A DNA stretch of 64,000 nt, taken from assembly GCA_964016885.1 (NCBI GenBank), contig OZ024740.1, positions 279,806,001-279,870,000 of the forward strand, in the 5' to 3' direction. Both the position numbers and the translations under genes were made by a program. The DNA comes from Eledone cirrhosa (taxonomy: Eukaryota). Each line of letters opens with the position of its first letter. Within the stretch, counting starts at the first letter, position 1. Below are positions 51,801 to 64,000 of the stretch, one piece after another. The notes beneath the pieces are model-generated. The model did not search any database, was not told where the DNA came from, and saw nothing but the letters and a program-made list of their open reading frames with translations.

Positions 51801-54800
51801 CCTATAGTCAGATCGATCTGTAATTAGTGGTCCATGTGCAGACACAGATTTGCTGTGTGTGGTGTGATTTTCAAGAAAAACTGCCCATGCTAAATGAGGA
51901 AGCTGAAGTCCGGCGTCGAATGGTGTGCTTCGAAGAAAACGAATCACAAAAATGCGAATTTGCCGGCGGAGTTACCTTTTCGATCGTGGGCCGGCCGCCC
52001 GTGGTCGGATCGATCTGTAATTACTGGTACATGTGCAGACACTCATTGACCGTGTGTGGTGTGATTTTCAAGAAAAGCTGCCCATGCTAAATGAGGAAGC
52101 TGAAGTCCACCAGCGAATGGTGTGCTTCGAAGAAACGAATCACAAAAATGCGAATTTGCCGGCAGAGTAACCTTTTCGATCCTGGCCGGCCGCCCGTGGT
52201 CGGATCGATTTGTAATTACTGGTACATGTGCAGACACACATTGCCTGTGTGTGGTGTGATTTTCAAGAAAGGTTGCCCATGCTAAATGCGGAAGCTGAAG
52301 TCCACCAGCGAATGGTGTGCTTCGAAGAAACGAATCACAAAAATGCGAATTTGCCGGCGGAGTTACCTTTTCGATCGTGGGCCGGCCGCCTATGGTCGGA
52401 TCGATCTGTAATTACTGGTCCATGTGCAGACACACATTTGCTGTATGTGGTGTGATTTTCAAGAAAAGCTGCCCATGCTAAATGCGGAAGCTGAAGTCCA
52501 CCAGCGAATGGTGTGCTTCGAAGAAACGAATCACAAAAATGCGAATTTGCCGGCGGAGTTACCTTTTCGAAAGTGGGCCGGCCGCCTGTGGTCGGATCGA
52601 TCTGTACTTACTGGTATATGTGCAGACACTCATTGGCTGTGTGTGGTGTGATTTTCAAGAAAAGCTGCCCATGCTAAATGCGGAAGCTGAAGTCCACCAG
52701 CGAATGGTGTGCTTCGAAGAAACGAATCACAAAAATGCGAATTTGCCGGCGGAGTTACCTTTTCGATCGTGGGCCGGCCGCCTGTGGTCGGATCGATCTG
52801 TAATTACTGGTATATGTGTAGACTCTCATTGACTGTGTGTGGTGTGATTTTCAAGAAACGCTGCCCATGCTAAATGCGGAAGCTGAAGTCTACCAGCGAA
52901 TGGTGTGCTTCGAAGAAACGAATCACAAAAATGCGAATTTGCCGGCGGAGTTACCTTTTCGATCGTGGGCCGGCCGCCCGTGGTCGGATCGATCTGTAAT
53001 TACTGGTATATGTGCAGACACTCATTGGCTGTGTGTGGTGTGATGTTCAAGAAAAGCTGCCCATGCTAAATGCGGAAGCTGAAGTCCACCAGCGAATGGT
53101 GTGCTTCGAAGAAACGAATCACAAAAATGCGAATTTGCCGGCGGAGTTACCTTTTCGATCGTGGGCCGGCCGCCTATAGTCAGATCGATCTGTAATTACT
53201 GGTCCATGTGCAGACACAGATTGGCTGTGTGTGGTGTGATTTTCAAGAATAACTGCCCATGCTAAATGAGGAAGCTGAAGTCCGGCGTCGAATGGTGTGC
53301 TTCGAAGAAAACGAATCACAAAAATGACTATTTACCGGCGGAGTTACCTTTTCGATCGTGGGCCGGCCGCCTTTGGTCGGATCAATCTGTAATTACTGGT
53401 CCATGTGCAGACACACATTTGCTGTGTGTGGTTTGATTTTCACGAAACGTTGCCCAAGCTAAATGCAGAAGCTGAAGTCCACCAGCGAATGGTGTGCTTC
53501 GAAGAAACGAATCACAAAAATGCGAATTTGCCGGCGGAGTTACCTTTTCGATCGTGGGCCGGCCGCCTATGGTCGGATCGATCTGTAATTACTGGTCCAT
53601 GTGCAGACACACATTTGCTGTGTGTGGTGTGATTTTCAAGAAAAGCTGCCCATGCTAAATGCGGAAGCTGAAGTCCACCAGCGAATGGTGTGCTTCGAAG
53701 AAACGAATCACAAAAATGCGAATTTGCCGGCGGAGTTACCTTTTCGATCGTGGGCCGGCCGCCTGTGGTCGGATCGATCTGTAATTACTGGTATATGTGT
53801 AGACTCTCATTGACTGTGTGTGGTGTGATTTTCAAGAAACGCTGCCCATGCTAAATGCGGAAGCTGAAGTCTACCAGCGAATGGTGTGCTTCGAAGAAAC
53901 GAATCACAAAAATGCGAATTTGCCGGCGGAGTTACCTTTTCGATCGTGGGCCGGCCGCCCGTGGTCGGATCGATCTGTAATTACTGGTATATGTGCAGAC
54001 ACTCATTGGCTGTGTGTGGTGTGATGTTCAAGAAAAGCTGCCCATGCTAAATGCGGAAGCTGAAGTCCACCAGCGAATGGTGTGCTTCGAAGAAACGAAT
54101 CACAAAAATGCGAATTTGCCGGCGGAGTTACCTTTTCGATCGTGGGCCGGCCGCCTATAGTCAGATCGATCTGTAATTACTGGTCCATGTGCAGACACAG
54201 ATTGGCTGTGTGTGGTGTGATTTTCAAGAATAACTGCCCATGCTAAATGAGGAAGCTGAAGTCCGGCGTCGAATGGTGTGCTTCGAAGAAAACGAATCAC
54301 AAAAATGACTATTTACCGGCGGAGTTACCTTTTCGATCGTGGGCCGGCCGCCTTTGGTCGGATCAATCTGTAATTACTGGTCCATGTGCAGACACACATT
54401 TGCTGTGTGTGGTTTGATTTTCACGAAACGTTGCCCATGCTAAATGCAGAAGCTGAAGTCCACCAGCGAATGGTGTGCTTCGAAGAAACGAATCACAAAA
54501 ATGCGAATTTGCCGGCGGAGTTACCTTTTCGATCGTGGGCCGGCCGCCTATGGTCGGATCGATCTGTAATTACTGGTCCATGTGCAGACACACATTTGCT
54601 GTGTGTGGTGTGATTTTCAAGAAAAGCTGCCCATGCTAAATGCGGAAGCTGAAGTCTACCAGCGAATGGTGTGCTTCGAAGAAACGAATCACAAAAATGC
54701 GAATTTGCCAGCGGAGTTACCTTTTCGATCGTGGGCCGGCCGCCTGTGGTCGGATCGATCTGTAATTAGTGGTATATGTGCAGACACTCATTGGCTGTGT

Positions 54801-57800
54801 GTGGTGTGATTTTCAAGAAAGGCTGCCCATGCTAAATGCGGAAGCTGAAGTCTACCAGCGAATGGTGTGCTTCGAAGAAACGAATCACAAAAATGCGAAT
54901 TTGCCGGCGGAGTTACCTTTTCGATCGTGGGCCGGCCGCCCGTGGTCGGATCGATCTGTAATTACTGGTACATGTGCAGACACTCATTGACCGTGTGTGG
55001 TGTGATTTTCAAGAAAAGCTGCCCATGCTAAATGCGGAAGCTGAAGACCACCAGCGAATGGTGTGCTTCGAAGAAACGAATCACAAAAATGCGAATTTGC
55101 CGGCGGAGTTACCTTTTCGATCGTGGGCCGGCCGCCCGTGGTCGGATCGATCTGTAATTACTGGTATATGTGCAGACACTCATTGGCTGTGTGTGGTGTG
55201 ATTTTCAAGAAAAGCTGCCCATGCTAAATGAGGAAGCTGAAGTCCACCAGCGAATGGTGTGCTTCGAAGAAACGAATCACAAAAATGCGAATTTGCCGGC
55301 GGAGTAACCTTTTCGATCCTGGCCGGCCGCCCGTGGTCGGATCGATTTGTAATTACTGGTACATGTGCAGACACACATTGCCTGTGTGTGGTGTGATTTT
55401 CAAGAAAGGTTGCCCATGCTAAATGCGGAAGCTGAAGTCCACCAGCGAATGGTGTGCTTCGAAGAAACGAATCACAAAAATGCGAATTTGCCGGCGGAGT
55501 TACCTTTTCGATCGTGGGCCGGCCGCCTATGGTCGGATCGATCTGTAATTACTGGTCCATGTGCAGACACACATTTGCTGTGTGTGGTGTGATTTTCAAG
55601 AAAAGCTGCCCATGCTAAATGCGGAAGCTGAAGTCCACCAGCGAATGGTGTGCTTCGAAGAAACGAATCACAAAAATGCGAATTTGCCGGCGGAGTTACC
55701 TTTTCGAAAGTGGGCCGGCCGCCTGTGGTCGGATCGATCTGTACTTACTGGTATATGTGCAGACACTCATTGGCTGTGTGTGGTGTGATTTTCAAGAAAA
55801 GCTGCCCATGCTAAATGAGGAAGCTGAAGTCCACCAGCGAATGGTGTGCTTCGAAGAAACGAATCACAAAAATGCGAATTTGCCGGCGGAGTTACCTTTT
55901 CGATCGTGGGCCGGCCGCCCGTGGTCGGATCGATCTGTAATTACTGGTATATGTGCAGACACTCATTGGCTGTGTGTGGTGTGATGTTCAAGAAAAGCTG
56001 CCCATGCTAAATGCGGAAGCTGAAGTCCACCAGCGAATGGTGTGCTTCGAAGAAACGAATCACAAAAATGCGAATTTGCCGGCGGAGTTACCTTTTCGAT
56101 CGTGGGCCGGCCGCCTATAGTCAGATCGATCTGTAATTAGTGGTGCATGTGCAGACACAGATTTGCTGTGTGTGGTGTGATTTTCAAGAAAAACTGCCCA
56201 TGCTAAATGAGGAAGCTGAAGTCCGGCGTCGAATGGTGTGCTTCGAAGAAAACGAATCACAAAAATGACTATTTACCGGCGGAGTTACCTTTTCGATCGT
56301 GGGCCGGCCGCCTGTGGTCGGATCGATCTGTAATTACTGGTCCATGTGCAGACACACATTTGCTGTGTGTGGTGTGATTTTCACGAAACGTTGCCCATGC
56401 TAAATGAGGAAGCTGAAGTCCACCAGCGAATGGTGTGCTTCGAAGAAACGAATCACAAAAATGCGAATTTGCCGGCGGAGTTACCTTTTCGATCGTGGGC
56501 CGGCCGCCTGTGGTCGGATCGATCTTTAATTACTGGTATATGTGCAGACACTCATTGACTGTGTGTGGTGTGATTTTCAAGAAACGCTGCCCATGCTAAA
56601 TGCGGAAGCTGAAGTCTACCAGCGAATGGTGTGCTTCGAAGAAACGAATCACAAAAATGCGAATTTGCCGGCGGAGTTACCTTTTCGATCGTGGGCCGGC
56701 CGCCTATAGTCAGATCGATCTGTAATTACTGGTCCATGTGCAGACACAGATTTGCTGTGTGTGGTGTGATTTTCAAGAATAACTGCCCATGCTAAATGAG
56801 GAAGCTGAAGTCCGGCGTCGAATGGTGTGCTTCGAAGAAAACGAATCACAAAAATGACTATTTACCGGCGGAGTTACCTTTTCGATCCTGGGCCGGCCGC
56901 CTTTGGTCGGATCAATCTGTAATTACTGGTCCATGTGCAGACACACATTTGCTGTGTGTGGTGTCATTTTCACGAAACGTTGCCCATGCTAAATGCAGAA
57001 GCTGAAGTCCACCAGCGAATGGTGTGCTTCGAAGAAACGAATCACAAAAATGCGAATTTGCCGGCGGAGTTACCTTTTCGATCGTGGGCCGGCCGCCTAT
57101 GGTCGGATCGATCTGTAATTACTGGTCCATGTGCAGACACACATTTGCTGTGTGTGGTGTGATTTTCAAGAAAAGCTGCCCATGCTAAATGCGGAAGCTG
57201 AAGTCTACCAGCGAATGGTGTGCTTCGAAGAAACGAATCACAAAAATGCGAATTTGCCAGCGGAGTTACCTTTTCGATCGTGGGCCGGCCGCCTGTGGTC
57301 GGATCGATCTGTAATTAGTGGTATATGTGCAGACACTCATTGGCTGTGTGTGGTGTGATTTTCAAGAAAGGCTGCCCATGCTAAATGCGGAAGCTGAAGT
57401 CCACCAGCGAATGGTGTGCTTCGAAGAAACGAATCACAAAAATGCGAATTTGCCGGCGGAGTTACCTTTTCGATCGTGGGCCGGCCGCCTGTGGTCGGAT
57501 CGATCTGTAATTACTGGTATATGTGTAGACACTCATTGACTGTGTGTGGTGTGATTTTCAAGAAACGCTGCCCATGCTAAATGCGGAAGCTGAAGTCTAC
57601 CAGCGAATGGTGTGCTTCGAAGAAACGAATCACAAAAATGCGAATTTGCCGGCGGAGTTACCTTTTCGATCGTGGGCCGGCCGCCCGTGGTCGGATCGAT
57701 CTGTAATTACTGGTACATGTGCAGACACTCATTGACTGTGTGTGGTGTGATTTTCAAGAAAAGCTGCCCATGCTAAATGAGAAAGCTGAAGTCCACCAGC

Positions 57801-60800
57801 GAATGGTGTGCTTCGAAGAAACGAATCACAAAAATGCGAATTTGCCGGCGGAGTAACCTTTTCGATCCTGGCCGGCCGCCCGTGGTCGGATCGATTTGTA
57901 ATTACTGGTACATGTGCAGACACACATTGCCTGTGTGTGGTGTGATTTTCAAGAAAGGTTGCCCATGCTAAATGCGGAAGCTGAAGTCCACCAGCGAATG
58001 GTGTGCTTCGAAGAAACGAATCACAAAAATGCGAATTTGCCGGCGGAGTTACCTTTTCGATCGTGGGCCGGCCGCCTGTGGTCGGATCGATCTGTAATTA
58101 CTGGTATATGTGTAGACACTCATTGACTGTGTGTGGTGTGATTTTCAAGAAACGCTGCCCATGCTAAATGCGGAAGCTGAAGTCTACCAGCGAATGGTGT
58201 GCTTCGAAGAAACGAATCACAAAAATGCGAATTTGCCGGCGGAGTTACCTTTTCGATCGTGGGCCGGCCGCCCGTGGTCGGATCGATCTGTAATTACTGG
58301 TACATGTGCAGACACTCATTGACTGTGTGTGGTGTGATTTTCAAGAAAAGCTGCCCATGCTAAATGAGGAAGCTGAAGTCCACCAGCGAATGGTGTGCTT
58401 CGAAGAAACGAATCACAAAAATGCGAATTTGCCGGCGGAGTAACCTTTTCGATCCTGGCCGGCCGCCCGTGGTCGGATCGATTTGTAATTACTGGTACAT
58501 GTGCAGACACACATTGCCTGTGTGTGGTGTGATTTTCAAGAAAGGTTGCCCATGCTAAATGCGGAAGCTGAAGTCCACCAGCGAATGGTGTGCTTCGAAG
58601 AAACGAATCACAAAAATGCGAATTTGCCGGCGGAGTTACCTTTTCGATCGTGGGCCGGCCGCCTATGGTCGGATCGATCTGTAATTACTGGTCCATGTGC
58701 AGACACACATTTGCTGTGTGTGGTGTGATTTTCAAGAAAAGCTGCCCATGCTAAATGCGGAAGCTGAAGTCCACCAGCGAATGGTGTGCTTCGAAGAAAC
58801 GAATCACAAAAATGCGAATTTGCCGGCGGAGTTACCTTTTCGAAAGTGGGCCGGCCGCCTGTGGTCGGATCGATCTGTACTTACTGGTATATGTGCAGAC
58901 ACTCATTGGCTGTGTGTGGTGTGATGTTCAAGAAAAGCTGCCCATGCTAAATGCGGAAGCTGAAGTCCACCAGCGAATGGTGTGCTTCGAAGAAACGAAT
59001 CACAAAAATGCGAATTTGCCGGCGGAGTTACCTTTTCGATCGTGGGCCGGCCGCCTGTGGTCGGATCGATCTGTAATTACTGGTATATGTGTAGACTCTC
59101 ATTGACTGTGTGTGGTGTGATTTTCAAGAAACGCTGCCCATGCTAAATGCGGAAGCTGAAGTCTACCAGCGAATGGTGTGCTTCGAAGAAACGAATCACA
59201 AAAATGCGAATTTGCCGGCGGAGTTACCTTTTCGATCGTGGGCCGGCCGCCTATGGTCGGATCGATCTGTAATTACTGGTATATGTGCAGACACTCATTG
59301 GCTGTGTGTGGTGTGATGTTCAAGAAAAGCTGCCCATGCTAAATGCGGAAGCTGAAGTCCACCAGCGAATGGTGTGCTTCGAAGAAACGAATCACAAAAA
59401 TGCGAATTTGCCGGCGGAGTTACCTTTTCGATCGTGGGCCGGCCGCCTATAGTCAGATCGATCTGTAATTACTGGTCCATGTGCAGACACAGATTTGCTG
59501 TGTGTGGTGTGATTTTCAAGAAAAGCTGCCCATGCTAAATGAGGAAGCTGAAGTCCACCAGCGAATGGTGTGCTTCGAAGAAACGAATCACAAAAATGCG
59601 AATTTGCCGGCGGAGTTACCTTTCCGATCGTGGGCCGGCCGCCCGTGGTCGGATCGATCTGTAATTAATGGTATATGTGCAGACACTCATTGGCTGTGTG
59701 TGGTGTGATTTTCAAGAAAAGCTGCCCATGCTAAATGCGGAAGCTGAAGTCCACCAGCGAATGGTGTGCTTCGAAGAAACGAATCACAAAAATGCGAATT
59801 TGCCGGCGGAGTTACCTTTTCGATCGTGGGCCGGCCGCCTGTGGTCGGATCGATCTGTAATTACTGGTATATGTGTAGACACTCATTGACTGTGTGTGGT
59901 GTGATTTTCAAGAAACGCTGCCCATGCTAAATGCGGAAGCTGAAGTCTACCAGCGAATGGTGTGCTTCGAAGAAACGAATCACAAAAATGCGAATTTGCC
60001 GGCGGAGTTACCTTTTCGATCGTGGGCCGGCCGCCCGTGGTCGGATCGATCTGTAATTACTGGTACATGTGCAGACACTCATTGACTGTGTGTGGTGTGA
60101 TGTTCAAGAAAAGCTGCCCATGCTAAATGCGGAAGCTGAAGTCCACCAGCGAATGGTGTGCTTCGAAGAAACGAATCACAAAAATGCGAATTTGCCGGCG
60201 GAGTTACCTTTTCGATCGTGGGCCGGCCGCCTATAGTCAGATCGATCTGTAATTACTGGTCCATGTGCAGACACAGATTTGCTGTGTGTGGTGTGATTTT
60301 CAAGAATAACTGCCCATGCTAAATGAGGAAGCTGAAGTCCGGCGTCGAATGGTGTGCTTCGAAGAAAACGAATCACAAAAATGACTATTTACCGGCGGAG
60401 TTACCTTTTCGATCGTGGGCCGGCCGCCTTTGGTCGGATCAATCTGTAATTACTGGTCCATGTGCAGACACACATTTGCTGTGTGTGGTGTGATTTTCAC
60501 GAAACGTTGCCCATGCTAAATGCAGAAGCTGAAGTCCACCAGCGAATGGTGTGCTTCGAAGAAACGAATCACAAAAATGCGAATTTGCCGGCGGAGTTAC
60601 CTTTTCGATCGTGGGCCGGCCGCCTATGGTCGGATCGATCTGTAATTACTGGTCCATGTGCAGACACACATTTGCTGTGTGTGGTGTGATTTTCAAGAAA
60701 AGCTGCCCATGCTAAATGCGGAAGCTGAAGTCCACCAGCGAATGGTGTGCTTCGAAGAAACGAATCACAAAAATGCGAATTTGCCGGCGGAGTTACCTTT

Positions 60801-63800
60801 TCGATCGTGGGCCGGCCGCCTGTGGTCGGATCGATCTGTAATTACTGGTATATGTGTAGACACTCATTGACTGTGTGTGGTGTGATTTTCAAGAAACGCT
60901 GCCCATGCTAAATGCGGAAGCTGAAGTCTACCAGCGAATGGTGTGCTTCGAAGAAACGAATCACAAAAATGCGAATTTGCCGGCGGAGTTACCTTTTCGA
61001 TCGTGGGCCGGCCGCCCGTGGTCGGATCGATCTGTAATTACTGGTACATGTGCAGACACTCATTGACTGTGTGTGGTGTGATTTTCAAGAAAAGCTGCCC
61101 ATGCTAAATGCGGAAGCTGAAGACCACCAGCGAATGGTGTGCTTCGAAGAAACGAATCACAAAAATGCGAATTTGCCGGCGGAGTTACCTTTTCGATCGT
61201 GGGCCGGCCGCCCGTGGTCGGATCGATCTGTAATTACTGGTATATGTGCAGACACTCATTGGCTGTGTGTGGTGTGATTTTCAAGAAAAGCTGCCCATGC
61301 TAAATGAGGAAGCTGAAGTCCACCAGCGAATGGTGTGCTTCGAAGAAACGAATCACAAAAATGCGAATTTGCCGGCGGAGTAACCTTTTCGATCCTGGCC
61401 GGCCGCCCGTGGTCGGATCGATTTGTAATTACTGGTACATGTGCAGACACACATTGCCTGTGTGTGGTGTGATTTTCAAGAAAGGTTGCCCATGCTAAAT
61501 GCGGAAGCTGAAGTCCACCAGCGAATGGTGTGCTTCGAAGAAACGAATCACAAAAATGCGAATTTGCCGGCGGAGTTACCTTTTCGATCGTGGGCCGGCC
61601 GCCTATGGTCGGATCGATCTGTAATTACTGGTCCATGTGCAGACACACATTTGCTGTGTGTGGTGTGATTTTCAAGAAAAGCTGCCCATGCTAAATGCGG
61701 AAGCTGAAGTCCACCAGCGAATGGTGTGCTTCGAAGAAACGAATCACAAAAATGCGAATTTGCCGGCGGAGTTACCTTTTCGAAAGTGGGCCGGCCGCCT
61801 GTGGTCGGATCGATCTGTACTTACTGGTATATGTGCAGACACTCATTGGCTGTGTGTGGTGTGATTTTCAAGAAAAGCTGCCCATGCTAAATGAGGAAGC
61901 TGAAGTCCACCAGCGAATGGTGTGCTTCGAAGAAACGAATCACAAAAATGCGAATTTGCCGGCGGAGTTACCTTTTCGATCGTGGGCCGGCCGCCCGTGG
62001 TCGGATCGATCTGTAATTACTGGTATATGTGCAGACACTCATTGGCTGTGTGTGGTGTGATGTTCAAGAAAAGCTGCCCATGCTAAATGCGGAAGCTGAA
62101 GTCCACCAGCGAATGGTGTGCTTCGAAGAAACGAATCACAAAAATGCGAATTTGCCGGCGGAGTTACCTTTTCGATCGTGGGCCGGCCGCCTATAGTCAG
62201 ATCGATCTGTAATTAGTGGTCCATGTGCAGACACAGATTTGCTGTGTGTGGTGTGATTTTCAAGAAAAACTGCCCATGCTAAATGAGGAAGCTGAAGTCC
62301 GGCGTCGAATGGTGTGCTTCGAAGAAAACGAATCACAAAAATGACTATTTACCGGCGGAGTTACCTTTTCGATCGTGGGCCGGCCGCCTGTGGTCGGATC
62401 GATCTGTAATTACTGGTCCATGTGCAGACACACATTTGCTGTGTGTGGTGTGATTTTCACGAAACGTTGCCCATGCTAAATGAGGAAGCTGAAGTCCACC
62501 AGCGAATGGTGTGCTTCGAAGAAACGAATCACAAAAATGCGAATTTGCCGGCGGAGTTACCTTTTCGATCGTGGGCCGGCCGCCTGTGGTCGGATCGATC
62601 TGTAATTACTGGTATATGTGCAGACTCTCATTGACTGTGTGTGGTGTGATTTTCAAGAAACGCTGCCCATGCTAAATGCGGAAGCTGAAGTCTACCAGCG
62701 AATGGTGTGCTTCGAAGAAACGAATCACAAAAATGCGAATTTGCCGGCGGAGTTACCTTTCCGATCGTGGGCCGGCCGCCCGTGGTCGGATCGATCTGTA
62801 ATTACTGGTCCATGTGCAGACACACATTTGCTGTGTGTGGTGTGATTTTCAAGAAAAGCTGCCCATGCTAAATGCGGAAGCTGAAGTCCACCAGCGAATG
62901 GTGTGCTTCGAAGAAACGAATCACAAAAATGCGAATTTGCCGGCGGAGTTACCTTTTCGAAAGTGGGCCGGCCGCCTGTGGTCGGATCGATCTGTACTTA
63001 CTGGTATATGTGCAAACACTCATTGGCTGTGTGTGGTGTGATGTTCAAGAAAAGCTGCCCATGCTAAATGCGGAAGCTGAAGTCCACCAGCGAATGGTGT
63101 GCTTCGAAGAAACGAATCACAAAAATGCGAATTTGCCGGCGGAGTTACCTTTTCGATCGTGGGCCGGCCGCCTGTGGTCGGATCGATCTGTAATTACTGG
63201 TATATGTGTAGACTCTCATTGACTGTGTGTGGTGTGATTTTCAAGAAACGCTGCCCATGCTAAATGCGGAAGCTGAAGTCCGGCGTCGAATGGTGTGCTT
63301 CGAAGAAACGAATCACAAAAATGCGAATTTGCCGGCGGAGTTACCTTTTCGATCGTGGGCCGGCCGCCTATGGTCGGATCGATCTGTAATTACTGGTATA
63401 TGTGCAGACACTCATTGGCTGTGTGTGGTGTGATGTTCAAGAAAAGCTGCCCATGCTAAATGCGGAAGCTGAAGTCCACCAGCGAATGGTGTGCTTCGAA
63501 GAAACGAATCACAAAAATGCGAATTTGCCGGCGGAGTTACCTTTTCGATCGTGGGCCGGCCGCCTATAGTCAGATCGATCTGTAATTACTGGTCCATGTG
63601 CAGACACAGATTTGCTGTGTGTGGTGTGATTTTCAAGAAAAGCTGCCCATGCTAAATGAGGAAGCTGAAGTCCACCAGCGAATGGTGTGCTTCGAAGAAA
63701 CGAATCACAAAAATGCGAATTTGCCGGCGGAGTTACCTTTTCGATCGTGGGCCGGCCGCCCGTGGTCGGATCGATCTGTAATTACTGGTATATGTGCAGA

Positions 63801-64000
63801 CACTCATTGGCTGTGTGTGGTGTGATGTTCAAGAAAAGCTGCCCATGCTAAATGCGGAAGCTGAAGTCCACCAGCGAATGGTGTGCTTCGAAGAAACGAA
63901 TCACAAAAATGCGAATTTGCCGGCGGAGTTACCTTTTCGATCGTGGGCCGGCCGCCTATAGTCAGATCGATCTGTAATTAGTGGTCCATGTGCAGACACA
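48801..64000 (+). repeat. HOR domain D: shuffled 3-16-monomer units
   Basis: Markers: cctatagtcaga, gacacagattt, ccggcgtcgaa, caagaataac, cctttggtcggatcaatc, gtagactctc, ggagtaacc...cacacattgcct, and cgaaagtgg linked to gtacttac. The 195-bp anchor recurs at ORFs 50084, 50867, 52043, 55180, 57729, 58316 and 61256. Confidence 0.8.

Larger units (their letters stand above)
1..64000 (+). repeat. Tandem satellite DNA array, ~196-bp monomer, ~326 copies, running off both ends of the window
   Basis: Consensus gtgtgtggtgtgattttcaagaaaagctgcccatgctaaatgcggaagctgaagtccaccagcgaatggtgtgcttcgaagaaacgaatcacaaaaatgcgaatttgccggcggagttaccttttcgatcgtgggccggccgcccgtggtcggatcgatctgtaattactggtatatgtgcagacactcattggct recurs every 196 bp (ORF starts 12445, 12641, 12837, 13033...). 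A representative monomer is 14621-14816. Length variants of 195, 197, 198-199 and 168 bp occur. No inversion was seen. Confidence 0.99.

Noticed and set aside
100-63825. Hundreds of 60-121 aa ORFs (MQTLIGCVWCDFQEKLPMLNAEAEVHQRMVCFEETNHKNANLPAELPF... and others)
   Set aside because: They are translations of the satellite. The 196-bp period is not a multiple of 3, so frames shift in each unit. Stops and 1-bp indels occur freely, most starts are GTG/TTG, and I recognise no protein domain.
1-64000. CRISPR array or other repeat-spacer system
   Set aside because: There are no unique spacers between repeats, the unit is 196 bp, the single foreign segment is identical in all five copies, and no cas genes are present.
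1-64000. Identity with a known satellite of similar length (Trypanosoma cruzi 195-bp satellite, primate alpha satellite, Arabidopsis CEN178)
   Set aside because: Only the length is similar. I see no sequence resemblance to those consensus sequences as I recall them. A Dfam/Repbase/BLAST search is needed to name the family.
1-64000. Tandem 5S rRNA, tRNA or spliced-leader gene array
   Set aside because: I see no recognisable 5S sequence, tRNA cloverleaf with a B-box (GTTCGANNC) or known spliced-leader sequence in the monomer. An Rfam search would settle it.

Overview
The whole 64-kb window is one uninterrupted head-to-tail tandem array of a ~196-bp monomer (about 326 copies, all in the same orientation, ~50% GC). 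It looks like eukaryotic satellite DNA, possibly centromeric or pericentromeric, but I do not recognise the family or species. I find no credible protein-coding gene, tRNA/rRNA gene, transposon or CRISPR array; the ORF track is a by-product of the repeat. Diagnostic variants divide the array into four higher-order-repeat (HOR) domains: A (~1-11.9 kb), B (~11.9-25.8 kb), C (~25.8-48.8 kb) and D (~48.8-64 kb). Each has irregular multi-monomer periods and recent multi-kb duplications. The only non-satellite DNA is a 97-bp AT-richer segment present five times in domain A, each time inside a shortened 168-bp monomer with locally diverged flanks. The most intriguing signal is that, by hand pairing, the monomer is almost fully tiled by hairpins. 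Many use G-U pairs that work only for the + strand, and several variants preserve or perfect the pairing, including two compensatory changes. This could reflect a structured satellite RNA, cruciform-prone DNA, or palindrome-correcting mutagenesis. It is an inference that needs folding and covariation statistics.
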